This document shows, piece after piece, positions 14,742-27,599 of a stretch of DNA of 64,000 bases. Made by a program: the position numbers and the translations under genes. Every line of letters starts with the position of its first letter. The stretch's first letter is position 1. The notes under the pieces are model-generated. The model saw nothing but the letters and a program-made list of their open reading frames with translations. It searched no databases and had not been told where the DNA came from. This DNA comes from the human T2T-CHM13v2.0 reference genome, Homo sapiens, in assembly GCF_009914755.1 (NCBI RefSeq), contig NC_060926.1. One strand, written 5' to 3'.

Positions 14742-15215
14742 ATGGAGGGCGCCCCTCCCCCAGCCTTGCTGCCACCTTGCAGTTTGATCTCAGACTGCTG
14801 TGCTAGCAATGAACAAGGCTCCATGGGTGTAGGACCCTCCGAGCCAGGTGCGGGATATAATCTCCTGGTATGCCGTTTGTTGAGCCTGTTGGAAAAGCGC
14901 AGTATTAGGGTGGGAGTGATCCAATTTTCCAGGTGCCATCTGTCACCCCTTTCTTTGACTAAGAAAGGGAATTCCCTGACCCCTTGCACTTCCCAGGTGA
15001 GGCAATGCCTTGCCCTGCTTCGGCTCATGCACAGTGAGCTGCACCCACTGTCCTGCACCCACTGTCCAGCACTCCTCAGTGAGATGAACCCGGTACCTCA
15101 GTTGGAAATGCAGAAATCACCCGTCTTCTGCATCACTCACGCTGGGAGCTGTAGACTGGAGCTGTTCCTATTTGGCCATCTTGGCTCCACCACTTGTTTC
15201 ATATTTTCTTATTGA
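14742..15215 (+). CDS. L1 antisense ORF0 homolog, open and extended (157 aa); expression unknown
   Basis: ATG in gcaATGG context; MEGAPPPALLPPCSLISDCCASNEQGSMGVGPSEPGAGY matches the ORF0 N-terminus; no stop until past the L1 5' end. Confidence 0.45.
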   Translation: MEGAPPPALLPPCSLISDCCASNEQGSMGVGPSEPGAGYNLLVCRLLSLLEKRSIRVGVIQFSRCHLSPLSLTKKGNSLTPCTSQVRQCLALLRLMHSELHPLSCTHCPALLSEMNPVPQLEMQKSPVFCITHAGSCRLELFLFGHLGSTTCFIFSY

Positions 15216-17698
15216 TTTATAAGAGCTCTTTATATATGTATATTAATAGAATTATAATATATGCTATATACTATAATATATAAACTAGAGACATATGGCC
15301 TTCAAAGATGCAGATACTACTTCTTCTCTTTGGGCAGTGGTTCTGCAGAGTATTAGTGTCCTGTTGGTTACAGTGTCCCCCAAATACTATCGCTGCATAA
15401 CAAAGCACTCCAAACTAAGTGGTGGGTTGAGAAAAAATGGAGTTTAAATGGGTACTATCACCAGGTGGATATTCAAATATCTCATGAATATTTAGAGCCT
15501 CATGAAAATTCGATGCATTACATGCCCCATGAATAGTGAGTTCCTCCTTGGTCCTTCCATCTATTCCAGTCCATGTTTTGCACACATATACTCTACTTCT
15601 TTCTTGTCTAATATGTCCCCCATGATACCTACATCTATGCTTAGTTTCATCTGTCCTTATTTATTTGTTTCTCTAATATTTTATTGTAGAATTGAATAAT
15701 CTTTTTAAAAAAATCTCAAACATTAATTACTTTTTCCAAGGCAGTTTGCAAAACTTTTGAGATGCAACCTAGGAGGCACACTAGGTGCAACCAAAAGGCT
15801 GTTTTCTTACTGAGGTTTCTTTCCCAATCTTGACTACATCATGGTTTTGGGCCTCAGAGAGCATGGCAGGAAAAGCCAGCAACATACTTTCCTGTCAAGA
15901 CTGGGTAAAGTCCACATGTTGGACTGTCAGGAGAGTTTGCACACTCTGGCAGCAAGATGGGGTCATTCTGGTGTGAGCCTCACTGGAAAGCATAATTGCT
16001 CAGATATTGTAGCACAGCTGTGAAGGATGCCAGATTCTTACTGAACACACCTGTACTCTGGAGGATGACGGAGAGGTGGATGGTGCACCTCTTAGTTATG
16101 TGCTAATTCTGTACAAAGCTGTAACTGCAATTGAGATCAAAATTGGAAACAAATCCTATCTTCCAACATTTGCAACATTCCCATATAATTAATGGACAAA
16201 AGTGAAAACTTTAAGTTGCCCTCATAAAATGAAAATAGTTGCTGGAGTAAACTTTATTCCCTCCGTTTAACGAGAATCATTAGGCTTTTATTTTACATGG
16301 AAAATGGGATCAAAGGCATTAAAGACCAATTATTTAAAATCAAAACAATGTTTTATTGGGTTTTCATGAATTAAAATAGGTCAAGAACTTTTCAAAGTTC
16401 AGAAACGAAGTAAATAAATTTAAGAAGAGAATGTAGCATGGAAGGGAAAAAAGTTAAAATACCAGAAGTTCTATACCTAAATAATAATCTTTATCCTCCT
16501 CCAACTCTTACGTTTGATAGAAAAATAGAGATGAATCATTTTCATTAGCTAAGCATATTCTAACGTTCTATTAGCTAAATGAAAATCTTACTATAGTCCC
16601 TGGTGGAATTATTTAAGCTAGTATTCTTTATGTGGCTCTGCATATAAGTATCTAACTTCAGAGATTTAATCAAGGTCCAAATCAAACAAAATTTGTTAAT
16701 TTCATCTTTCAGTAAGACATTGTTCAACTAACATGCAGGTGTACTCTTTGGAAAGAAGCCAACCAGAAAATACTTGAAACTGAGTACAGATAAATTATCA
16801 GAATTTACAAAAGACCATAGGTTATAGTTTTAATTACTTAAAGAGCAATGTATTCGAATATCCAGGAGGGGTTTTAATCTTAGGCAAAATGTTTGAGTAG
16901 GTTCCAGTTTACTTTCTCCTTATTCTATAATTTAAATCATTTTGGGTTTTATTTCCTCCCCAAAGTACCATACTGCTTTTTGAGCCATGCCAATAAATAC
17001 AAAATTCTTATTAGTTGAAATACGGGCAAAAAAGAAATATTCACTCAATGTCTAGGTATCCTTGATTCATATGTCTAAAGTACTGAGGATAAATGATACC
17101 CATGCCTCTTTGTTCTGCAAATAGAGTAGAAAATCTCCAAAGATTAGATTTTCTTGCAGAGTTTCCAATAATAATACTTGATTACACAAGGAATTGATGT
17201 AGTAATAGTTTCAGATACTAATAATGCTTAGTACTTAAGCATTTGTCATCTTCAAAGTGCTTTAACTGTTTAATCTTCATAAAACCTCTGTGGAGTTGAG
17301 AAAGTCAGCAAGCAGCACATTATTCTCACTGCATAATCTTGAACTCTAACCACAGACGTGTGTTTGTCTCCTTCTTGGAACCAGCTGGGTTGGATGAATT
17401 GTGAAACATTCTTCCTTCACCACGTTGTCTCACATAAATCATGAAGCTGGCAGAGAGATATTCTGTTTTTTAAATTGTTATCAGTATATTATATTATAAA
17501 CATTAGCTCAATTATCTTAACTTTACAAAAATATCTGGTGAATTCCTTCTGTAACACAAATGAAACACAACTCTGAATGTTCTGCCTTCTAATTCTGGAA
17601 CACTATATTTGGGATGTCCTTATTAGTTATTACAGAAAGTCCCTTTGCTTGAAAGATAGTCTAAAAATAAAAGGAACTTTGAAGACTTAAAATCATTT

Positions 17699-18075
17699 CA
17701 AGAGAGTAGAAGGATGGTTGTGAGAGGCTGGGAAAGGTAATGGCAGGGTGAGGAGGAGGTGGGGATGGTTAATGGGTACAAAAAAAAATAGTTGAAATGA
17801 ATGAATAAGGCCTGGTATTTGATAGCACAACAGGGTGGCTTTGGTTGATAATAATTTTATTTTACGTTTTAAAATAACTGGGGGAGTATAACTGGATTGT
17901 TTGTGGCCCAGAGGATAAATGCTTGAGGAGATGGTATCCCATCTTCCATGATGTGATTACTATACATTGCATGACTTTATCAAAACATCTCATGTACCCC
18001 ATAAATATATATACATGCTATGTACCCACAAAAATTAAAAAAAAAAACTAAACAAGAAATGAAAAAAAAAAAAAG
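17699..18075 (+). mobile_element. L1MA(1-3)-type 3' end with poly(A)
   Basis: 'ggggatggttaatgggtacaaaaa...gatagcacaacaggg...atgtacccacaaaaattaaaaaaa'. Confidence 0.88.
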
Positions 18076-18304
18076 AAAAGAAAAGCATGTCACCCTCATA
18101 CAGATTCAAGAGTTTGGAATTATATGAAAAGTACTTTTTTTTTTAGATTTAAGAGAGTAATTGAAAGTTATTAGTTGATTTTAAAAATCAATTTGTGAAA
18201 AGAATAATACAATGCAATCACTGCTCCTAAAGCCTGCTACTCTTGACTCTGATCTTAAAGCTCTAGTTGAGGTTTGGTTTAGATAGTTACAAGGAATAGT
18301 TACT

Positions 18305-18385
18305 ATATCAGTCAGGATAGGATAAGTTTTGCTGTGATAACAAATTAATTATGATATCCAGGGGCTTAGCACAGCAAAGGTGTAG
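18305..18385 (-). mobile_element. Old MLT1 LTR end fragment
   Basis: 'tcagtcaggataggataagttttgctgtgataacaaa...ggcttagcacagcaaagg'. Confidence 0.5.
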
Positions 18386-18397
18386 CCCTTATGCTAC

Positions 18398-19866
18398 TGC
18401 CACATGATCCTTAGGTTGTCACTTTTCCAGCCAGAAACCTCTGTAACTGGTGCAGCCTTTGCCTGAGTTTTGCTCAGGCCCACTGGGTTCGTTCTGCCCA
18501 CTTGGCCTGGCAGGCTGAGCTTGGCTAGCACTACCAGCCTGGATCCCATGCCTGCCATGGGCGAGCCAGGCACAGAGCGGCAAGAGGTGTGTGAGCAAGT
18601 GAGCATGGGGTTTGGCCACTGTGCACAGCCAAGCATGCCAGCTGTGTCAGGGTGGGCAGCTCCAGACACTGGTACAAGCGCCAGCTGCATGCAAAGCTGT
18701 GGCTGAACCAGGCCTACCACAAGTAGCTTCCACTGTGGGCACTGGGGAACATGGTGGCGCCCAGAAGCTTGGAGACACCAGGAATTGCAGAGCCCCAAAG
18801 AGGGTGTCACAGCCCTGGCTTTGGGAGCCCCTAAGTCTGGGGTTCCCAAAGGGCTGCAGCTCTTCTCTCCTCCTCATCATCCACAATGTGGTGAGCAGGG
18901 GGCATGTTTCAGCTCTGTTTGTGTTACAGCTCTTTCAGTCCCACCATTCAACAGTCCCCAAGTTCTTGTCCCACATCCAGGAAGAATGAAGTATGTAGAC
19001 AACTGGAGGGTGAGCAAGGTGGAGAGCTTCATTGAGCAACAGACCAGCTCTCAGGAGACCCAAAGAGGATTGCTCCTTTCCGCAGCTGGTAGTCCTGATG
19101 TCTGTGAGTCTGGCTGAGTTCTGGATTTTAATAGGCGCAGAAGGGAGAAAGTGTGTGCTGATTGGTCCATGGGTGGCCATGGGTGGGCGTGGAAAAAGCA
19201 CCATCTTATTGGCTGAACAGTCAGCCATGAAGTCCTTTCTTCATGCTCCAGACTTCGCCTGGAACTGGCAGCCCAACCCCCAGGCTTCAGGCCCTTCCTG
19301 GCTTGAAGGTGGGGTTTCAGTGGGGACCCAATCCTTTCCACCCGGGAACCTGTCTGCCTCCTGCCATCAATACGCCCTCCATGGTGCCCAGGCTGTTCCT
19401 GCGGAGGGGTGCCTACAGGCCCATGTGGAGCTGCCCTCAGCTCCTCCAACTCCCGCCTTTCTCCTGTGCTTGTCAGCGCCCAAAGTCTGGAGGGGGCTGA
19501 GGTGGCAGGGGTCTGGCATGTCAATGCAGCCCCGAGCATGTGCACACCTGGCCAGGTCTGGACAGCATCTGGGCACTGGAGTGGGCACTGGGAGCAGGGA
19601 GAGGTTTGGAGTGGGAGCAGGCACTGCTCCCTCTGAGCGTGCAGGGGCAGAGGGCACTTCCTGGGCCCCCAGAGCTCAGGGATGCCCAGAGCCCTGGCTG
19701 GGCGGCTGCAGCTGCGCCCAGGAGCTCAGGGCTCCTGCCCTGCCAACTCGATAGGGGGCGGGGCTCCTGCCTGTTCCCGTCCCACCGGTTTGCAAAGCAT
19801 ACAGCCCCAGCTCCACCTCCCTGGCTGTGGCCAGCGTCTTGGATGCAACGATTGCAATGCCTGGCC
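18398..19866 (-). mobile_element. MER52-type ERV1 long LTR
   Basis: GC-rich 1.5 kb starting 'tgccacatgatccttaggttgtcacttttccagccagaaacctctg...gagttttgctcaggcccactggg', as recalled for antisense MER52; explains the cluster of spurious ORFs here. Confidence 0.8.
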
Positions 19867-20725
19867 GTAATTATTTCTTTAATCTTGAAGAAAATGCAAA
19901 TTAAAGGCTAGATATTCTCCAAAGACATACCTCATTGTTCTTAGCATCTTCATGTAATTTCTCTTCATTTTTAATATCTTGCTTGTATTTTTTATTCTTT
20001 TGCCACTTCTTCCTTCTGTTCTTATGTTTCTATGCCGTTCACATAGAAGTCTATTCTTCTTATTCCTAAGTCCGTTTTTCTCTTAAGAAATCAATTTCTA
20101 TTCCTTTTTGGGATATCACAATGACATTCATCTATTTCCAGGATGGGACTAGGGTCTCTTCTCCAGCTTCCCCAGCCTTGTCCACTTCTCCTCTCACAAC
20201 ATCAGTAAGAGCTCCCAGGAGACCAAGAGCTTCTCTTAAAACACGGTGTCCTCTGGCCCTTGGGTTCTGCCTGGATCCTTCCTCTAGGAAAGATGAGCAC
20301 AAACTGGGTTAGAAGGGCAAAGATCTGTGCACCAACAGGCTTGATTTCCTCTCTTCATTTCTGCAGACTTGGTGATTTCAATCCATCTTCTAAGTACAGA
20401 CAATGGGAACACCCATCTCCTAAGATAACCAGGGAATGCAGCTGTCCCAGGAGCCATCCTGGAGGAGCATGTGAAAGAGAATTGCAGAATGAAGTAAAGC
20501 TGGAAGAACATATACTTTCAAACCAGGGCTCTCTGGGTTGGAATCCAGATTCTAAGAGACACTCATCACAGCCTCTGGAAATTTAGAGTTGAAAGTGGTC
20601 TTTAAATGCCTTCTGGAGATCCTTATGAAGTCCGGGGAATTTTGCCTATGGGCAGTGTCAAGGCCTTTATCCTGTCTGAGCTCCCAGTCCACCACTCCAC
20701 TACCACATACCCCCAGCTCTCTGCC

Positions 20726-21089
20726 TGCTGTTATCTGAATGTTTATGTCCTCTCAGTATTCCTATGTTGAAACCTAGCTTCCAAGGCGATTGCTTTAGGA
20801 GGTGGGGACTTTGGGAGGTGATTAGGTCATATGCACAAAGCTCTCATGAATGGGATTGGTGCCCTTAGGAAAGAGACCTCAGAGAGCTTAGCTCACCCCC
20901 GCCATTTTCTGAGAACACAGCAAGAAGGCACCATCTATGAACCAAAAAATGAGTCCTCAACAGACGCTGAATCTGCCAGCACCTTGATCTTGGACTTCAG
21001 CTTCCAGAACTGTAAGAAATAAATTTTTGTTGTTTATAAGCTGCCCAGTTTACGGTATTTTATTATAGCATCTCGATGGGATGAAGACA
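20726..21089 (+). mobile_element. MLT1A-type MaLR solo LTR
   Basis: TG...CA ends; 5-bp TSD ctgcc (20721-25, 21090-94); 'atctgccagcaccttgatcttggactt' and 'aataaatt'. Confidence 0.9.
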
Positions 21090-23054
21090 CTGCCTATCAG
21101 AGAACCGAAACTCATTCACAGTGTGAACGCCATTTCTAATGGTCACTCAGAGTAAAATCCTTCAGAGGCCTTGTGTTTTAAGCAGGTGTAGGTGAGAATT
21201 TGATAAATGTATTTTCTTGAAGAAATGAATGTTTCCAACAGGGAATTATTCCGCAAAGAGACTTTCAACACAGCAGGCCTTGCTGGGGGAGTGAGGTGGG
21301 TTTGGAGTAGAGTGTCTTTGTTGTCTTGTACTTTCAGCTTCAGAACTCCAGCCACAAAGTGCATCAGTTCTGCCAGAAGCCCCAGGTATACCGCCATAAT
21401 TCCAAAGAGAAATGCGGGGAGCAGGGTGGGGGCATTTAGTGTTCATTTTCCCAGGGGCTTATTCTTGCTGGTCAAACCCCGACCATGATGATGGGTTTTG
21501 CTCTTTGATTTCTTCCCCCTTTGCACCTCTCTTAGGCTAGTACAAATGCCTGTAGCCTGCAAATGATGGTGAGGTTCACCTTAAGCCAGGCCTGGCCCAC
21601 TTCCCAAAACTAGCCCCTATTCCCTCTGTTGGTGCAGGGCCCTTATCCTTCCCTTTTCTCTTGTCCCTTGGGTTTTCTTGTCCCTCAGAGTCTTGCCTGA
21701 GGTCTGGGATTTGAGCAATATTAACACTGAGCAGCAGAGGTTAGGATCCCATGGCTGCAGGCCTGAGAAGCTATGAGAGGCTTCTCCAACCACCTGCCTG
21801 CCAGCCTTTCCAATCCTCTGCCGTCTGCATCCCAGAAGCATCTTCTCCACTGTGGGTGGCAAACCACACAGGGTGCCTGAAGGTAGTCAAGTGGGCCTGA
21901 GGAAGCCCTCAGACCTCAGCTGGTTTTAATCCTATAAAGCTGAAACTTAATATACGAGGCAGGCTAGATAAAAATGCTTTTATGCTGCATTTATCTATGT
22001 TCTGTGTTGGATTCCAAATCCCATGGGGTTAAATTCAACGACAATGATAATGGTGATGATAACAGTAATAATAGCAATCACAACAACCATGTGATAATAA
22101 AAGAGGAAAAGCAGAAATCAAAGGGAGAATCCTGACACTGGTCTTGCCCAGCCTGGTGTGTGTGTGTATTGTCTTTGTTGATTAAGCAGGAAGCCCAAGT
22201 TATGGGGCCCAGTGACTGAAAGCCTACTGGTCTCAGCAGCTCTGCTGGATGTGCTGCCAAGGCTGCTCCTGGGATTGTCCTCACACCTGTGTCTGGTTGC
22301 CCAGAGCTTAGCCTGGGAGTCCAGTCTGAATTTTGTGGACGACTCTAGCTAAGTCAACCTGGAGGCTCCTGGAGACACCGGCCTAATGGGTGGAGGAACA
22401 TTTGTCTAAGTTTTCTCCGGAGGAGACTCTGGCAGCTGGAGTCAAGACAACTAATTCACAGCTGAGAGTGAGTGACCAAGAAAAGACAGAAAGATGGCTC
22501 ACCAGAAAAAGCATTTCCTCATTGCCCTTTGCTACTTGATAAAATCAGTACAAAAAAATCAGGGCCTTTTTTATACTGATGGGTGATCCCCTTATCCAGC
22601 CCCACAGTGGTGGTTTCAGCCTTGTCCGCCCCACCAGCCCCCTTACCGCCACAGCCCACTAAGCTCAGAAGCCCAGCCTTCTTTCTCCCCTCTCCTCCAC
22701 GCCTCAGTGCCTGCGTCTCTCCTGCTCCACATCCTCCCTGCTTCCACTCTGATTTTGGAAGATAATGCAAATACAGTTCCTTTCCAAGATCAGTCACTCT
22801 ACTTTGCCCTTGACTTCATTTTCCCCATTTCCCTCTTTTGCACCACCAAGTCCTCTGTCATGTATGTTTAGCAACTCCCCCCACTTGGCCTATTAACTTG
22901 CTCAAGTTGCTCCCTCCCTAAAGCAAAATAGAAATGTATGACCAAATTGCTTCTATCTTCTTTCTTTCTAGCTCTCTTCTTTCCTTATGTCCCAGAGTCT
23001 CTCTCTGTCTCTCTTTTGACCACTTTCTAGTCTTTTTGTGTGTGTGTGTGTGGT

Positions 23055-23149
23055 TAAATGTATATAGCGTGAAATTTACCATTTTAACCATTTTTAGGTG
23101 TACATTTCAGCAGCATTAAGAAAATTCCATTGTTGTGCAGCCATCACCC
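23055..23149 (-). mobile_element. L1MB 3' tip
   Basis: 'gaaatttaccattttaaccatttttaggtgtacatttcagcagcattaag...gcagccatcacc'. Confidence 0.7.
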
Positions 23150-23164
23150 TTGCCATTCACTCTC

Positions 23165-23460
23165 TGTGTTATTCACTGCAACCTGGCTGCCACCTCCACC
23201 ACTTCACTAGAACTGCTCTTGCAGAGCTCATCAGCAGCCTCCCAATTTCTCAAGGATTCAGGTCTTGCTTAACTGACCTCTTTGTGGCATCTGACACTTG
23301 GTGCCACTGCTCCCTTGTGGAGAGACTGCCTTGTCACCCTTCACTCCTTTCATTCCCCTGCAACCACCTGGCTACATCCACTCTCCACTGTGGGATCCTT
23401 TTCCTTTGTCTTAGATATCACAGCTCCTTGGGAATCCATCTGCAGCTCCCTGTTCTTCAG
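23165..23460 (+). mobile_element. L2 fragment
   Basis: 'cactgcaacctggctgccacctccaccacttcactagaactgctctt...gacctctttgtggcatctgacac'. Confidence 0.6.
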
Positions 23461-23987
23461 TCCACCTGCCAATTATCCCCTGGTGATTTGGCCAGGCCTC
23501 TGTAGGAAAGGGTATAACAAGACACCCATGTCCTGAGAGTGAATGTCCGAGCTAGAGGCCTATTGCAGTTGAGAGGAGCTCCAGAAAACATTATGCAACC
23601 AACTTCCCCTCTAAGGAGCTTCTCAAGTATTTGTATCCAACAGCTACAGGTAACTGAAGTGTCTGTTGGTAGAGGACCTGAGCAAGTTGGAAGATTTGGT
23701 GACTGACGGCACAGATTAGAGATAAATTAATTTTGAAGTTCTTATGAAGCAAAGAAGGGATCCTCAACTAACTATGGGCAAAATAGATGGCCTCTCCCGT
23801 ACGTGGGAAAATATGTTGTTCTTCCATCTTTGCACCATCCTCAAAATCTTCACTCCTATAAGCTGGAAGAGCCTTGGTCTTCCAGCTGCCAGCCTTGTAA
23901 TCTACTATGTTAGAAAACAAGGTGTGGGGTGCAGAGGAGACACCGTGTTCAGGAAAATTCAGTGTGAGAGTGAAGGCTTTCACCACC

Positions 23988-24701
23988 TGATATGATTTGG
24001 CTGTGTCCCCTCCCAAATTTCATCTTGAATTGTAATCCCCATGATATGGGTTGGCTGTGTCCCCATCCAAGTCTCATCTTGAATTCCCACATGTTGTGGG
24101 AGGGACCCAGTGGGAGGTTGAGTCATGGGGGCAGGTCTTTCCTATGCTGTTCTTGTGACAATGAATAAGTCTCATGAGATCTTACGGCTTTATAAGGCAG
24201 AGTTACCCTGCATAAACTCTCTCTCTGCCTGCTGCCATCCATGTAAGACGTGACTTGCTCCTTCTTGCCTTCAACGTGATTGTGAGGCCTCCCCAGCCAC
24301 TTGGAACTGTAAGCCCATTAAACCTCTTTCTTTTGTAAATTGCCCAGTCTCGGGTATGTCTTTACCTCAGCATGTGAAAACAGACTAATATACCCCATAA
24401 TCCCCACGTGTCATGGGAAGGACCTGGTGGGAGATAATTAAATGATGGGGGCAGTTTTCCCAAGCTGGTCTCGTGATAATGAGTTCTCATGAGATCTAAT
24501 GGTTTTATAGGCATCTGGCATTTCCTTTGCTTGTGCTCATTCTCCCTCCTGTTGCCCTGTGAAGAGGTGCCTTCTGCCATGATTGTAATTTTCCTGAGGC
24601 CTCCCTAGCCTTGCAGAACTATGAGTCCATTAAACCTCTTTTCTTTATAACTTACCCATTCTCAGTATTTCTTCACAGCAGCATGAGAATGGACTAATAT
24701 A
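23988..24701 (+). mobile_element. THE1D-like solo LTR (host of a nested THE1)
   Basis: 'tgatatgatttggctgtgtcccc' start and 'ggactaatata' end; TSD ccacc at 23983-87 and 24702-06. Confidence 0.9.
24042..24392 (+). mobile_element. THE1B-like solo LTR nested in THE1D
   Basis: Own TSD cccca (24037-41, 24393-97); 'gctgccatccatgtaagacgtgacttgctcc'. Confidence 0.9.
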
Positions 24702-25519
24702 CCACCCTAGAGGGGAAAGAAAAGAGGCCTAAGGACAGGCATGGGCAAGTATAGGTGCTGGTGAAAGGCCCCTAGGGACCCACTTGCTTCTTTTCTAAAT
24801 TGAACAATAAGTGAGATTAACACAGCCATATGGTAACTGAGAATACACAGGCCGTGTATCACACTGGGTGCTCAGCGATCTTTCTTGAATGAGACGGGGC
24901 TGGGGAATGAGATGGACTCCCCTGGGGTCGACTGACTCAGGGTCTGGTACTTACAGAACAAGCAACAGCCACCCAATGCCAGAGCATTGTAGCTACAAGC
25001 AGCCAACCCTGGTGGTAACTGTCAGCCTCTTAGGGAAACTTGAGGGTTTAATATAGTGAATTATAAACTGGTGTATGGTCAGGTTCCACAAAGAATAGGA
25101 AAATCAAAACACTGAAAATGGTTAATGATCCTCACAAGAGAACACCCTTTAAATTTTCTCTCTCAACAATTCCTACCCATTTTTGAAGACACGACTTAAA
25201 TGCTTTGACCTCTGTGGGGTCCTCCCATCCCTGGCAGACTGAATTTCACAGCCCCTCCTCTGCGCTCCCTGTGTCTGCCCTTTGGTCAAATAATATTTCT
25301 GTTTCATCAACTGGACTGCATGCTCCCTGAGGGCAGCACACCTATTTCTGATGTTTATCATCATGCCTGGCATACAGAAAGCCCTTAGGAAATTTTGGAT
25401 AAATTAATCCACGAGTGATGGATGAATGAATGAATATATGTATGAGTAAATTAAATTTGAAGTAACTGGTTCTCAGAGCCAGATTGGGAAGTCACTTTCT
25501 AATAATGGAAACACATTGC

Positions 25520-25527
25520 TGTGTGTG

Positions 25528-25577
<50 letters not shown>
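25520..25577. repeat. (TG)n microsatellite
   Basis: Long TG run. Confidence 0.95.
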
Positions 25578-25579
<2 letters not shown>

Positions 25580-26571
25580 GCCTTAGAGGCTTAGGAGCAT
25601 CAGACGGGTGCCAACCAAGAGACATATAGGGGATTGTGTAGTTGAGGCCTTCCAGAATGAGCACACGTTATTTCATCAGATGTTCTCTGTGAAATACTAA
25701 GATAAAATATTGGGCAATCCACGGTGAGAGTCTTTCCAATGTATGGCTCAGAAACACCTAACAATTGAGCTGGACGGGATGACTTGTGCTTATTTCTTCC
25801 CCAAATAGACTGATGGCCTTAAGGAGAGCATCTCTGGTAAAAGATCCTTATAACCGGCTGAACACTACAAAACATTGAGAAGTGAAGTATAAGTCTTTGT
25901 CAATGACTGTTGCCAATATAAGTTCATTTGTCCTGGTGAAGACCATTACCCTGTCTGAGGCTGGGCCCAGGATTGCCCCTGTAATATACCTTTGCATAGT
26001 ACCGGAGGGTCAGAGTGTTGGCTTATGGATTGAACAAACGCTAGGCCTTTCCATTATTAAACCAGTTGTTTTTACACTTAAAAAAATAAAACCCTTTCTC
26101 ATAACCCTTTCAGTGACAGGGAAGCTGGACCCTTTTCTATATAAAAGAAGGAGGCCCCAGCAGAGAAGAGAAGGCATTCATGTTCTGCGTGTGTTGCGGA
26201 AGAATGAGAAACAGATTGGTGGAGAAAAAGGCAAAGTCTCCACTGAAGTGAATTCCTATCATCCTGACTCTGAGGGTTGAAGGTTTGTCCCAGAGCAGTA
26301 GAAAGAAATAGATTCTGGATCCCTCAAGCCTGGTGGGCTGCTTAGCACCCTGAGTTGGCAGATCTAGGGCTGGGACATCATCAACACTTTTGTATTATTT
26401 TATTAGGTTGCTGACAAACACATGGAAACAATTCACAGTTGGGCACTGATTACATTTTCCTTCAAAGGCATGCCAGGCCCTGTGTCTCCTATGAAAAATT
26501 ATCTTAATTCTTCATTGACGTTTAACCCACCCTCATAGTTTCCAAAATTTCTTAGTCACGCTTTTCAGGTG

Positions 26572-27570
26572 TTTTTTTTTTTCTCCAACTTTTATTTCAA
26601 ATTTATGGCAGTACATGTGCAGATTTGTTACATGGGCATATTGTGTGACATTGAGGTTTGGAGTATGGATCCTGTCACCCAGGTAATAAGCATAGCACCC
26701 AATAAGTAGTTTTTTAACTCAGCCCCTCTCCGCTATCCTCAAGTAGTCCACGATGTGTATTGTTCTCCTATTTATGTACATGTGTGCTCAATGCTTAGCT
26801 CCCACTTATAAGTGAGAACATGTAATTTTGGTTTTCTGTTCTTGCATTAGTTTGCTTAGGATTATGGCCTCCAGCTTCAACCATGTTGCTGCAAAGGACA
26901 TTTCATTCTTTTTTTATGGCTGTGTAGTATTCCATGGTGTATATGTATCACATTTTCTTTATCTACCCTGCCATTGATGGGCACCTGGGTTGACTCACAT
27001 GGAACAACAAAAAAAGCTCAAATAGCCAAAGTAATTCTAAGCAAGAAAAACAAAGCCAGAGACATCACGTTAGTCAACTTCAAACTATAGTGTGTAGCCA
27101 CATAACCAAAACAGCATGATACTCTTACAAAAACAGATACACAGACCAATGGAACAGATAGAAAACTCAGAAATAAAGCTGCACACCTACAACTATTTCA
27201 TCTTTGACAAGATGGACAAAAGCAATGGAAAAAGGACTCCCTATTCAGTAAATGGTGCTGAGATAATTGGCTAGCCATATGCAGAAAATTGAAGCTGGAT
27301 CCCTATCTTTCACAATATACAAAAATTAGCTCAAAATGCTTTAACGATTTAAATGTAAGAACACAAACTAAAAATCCTAGAAGAAAAACTAGGAAGTACT
27401 CTTCTTTACATCAGCCTTGGCAAATAATTTATTGCTAAGTCCTCAAAAGCAACCGCCACAAAAACAAAAATTGACAAGTTGGACCTAATTAAAGAGCTTC
27501 TGCACAGCAAAAGAAACCATCAACAGAGTAAACAGACAACATACAGGATGGGAGAAAATATTTGAAAACT
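26572..27570 (-). mobile_element. Old L1PA/L1PB with 5' inversion
   Basis: 26572-26995 antisense 3' end with poly(T); 26997-27570 ORF2 segment in the opposite orientation. Confidence 0.85.
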
Positions 27571-27599
27571 TGTCCTAGGACAAGTTAAAACCAGTTGTT

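Noticed and set aside
18394-19911. Dense overlapping ORFs up to 240 aa
   Set aside because: All lie inside the GC-rich MER52 LTR and are open on both strands because stop codons are scarce
25882-26280. 132-aa ORF
   Set aside because: Non-ATG start and no recognisable family
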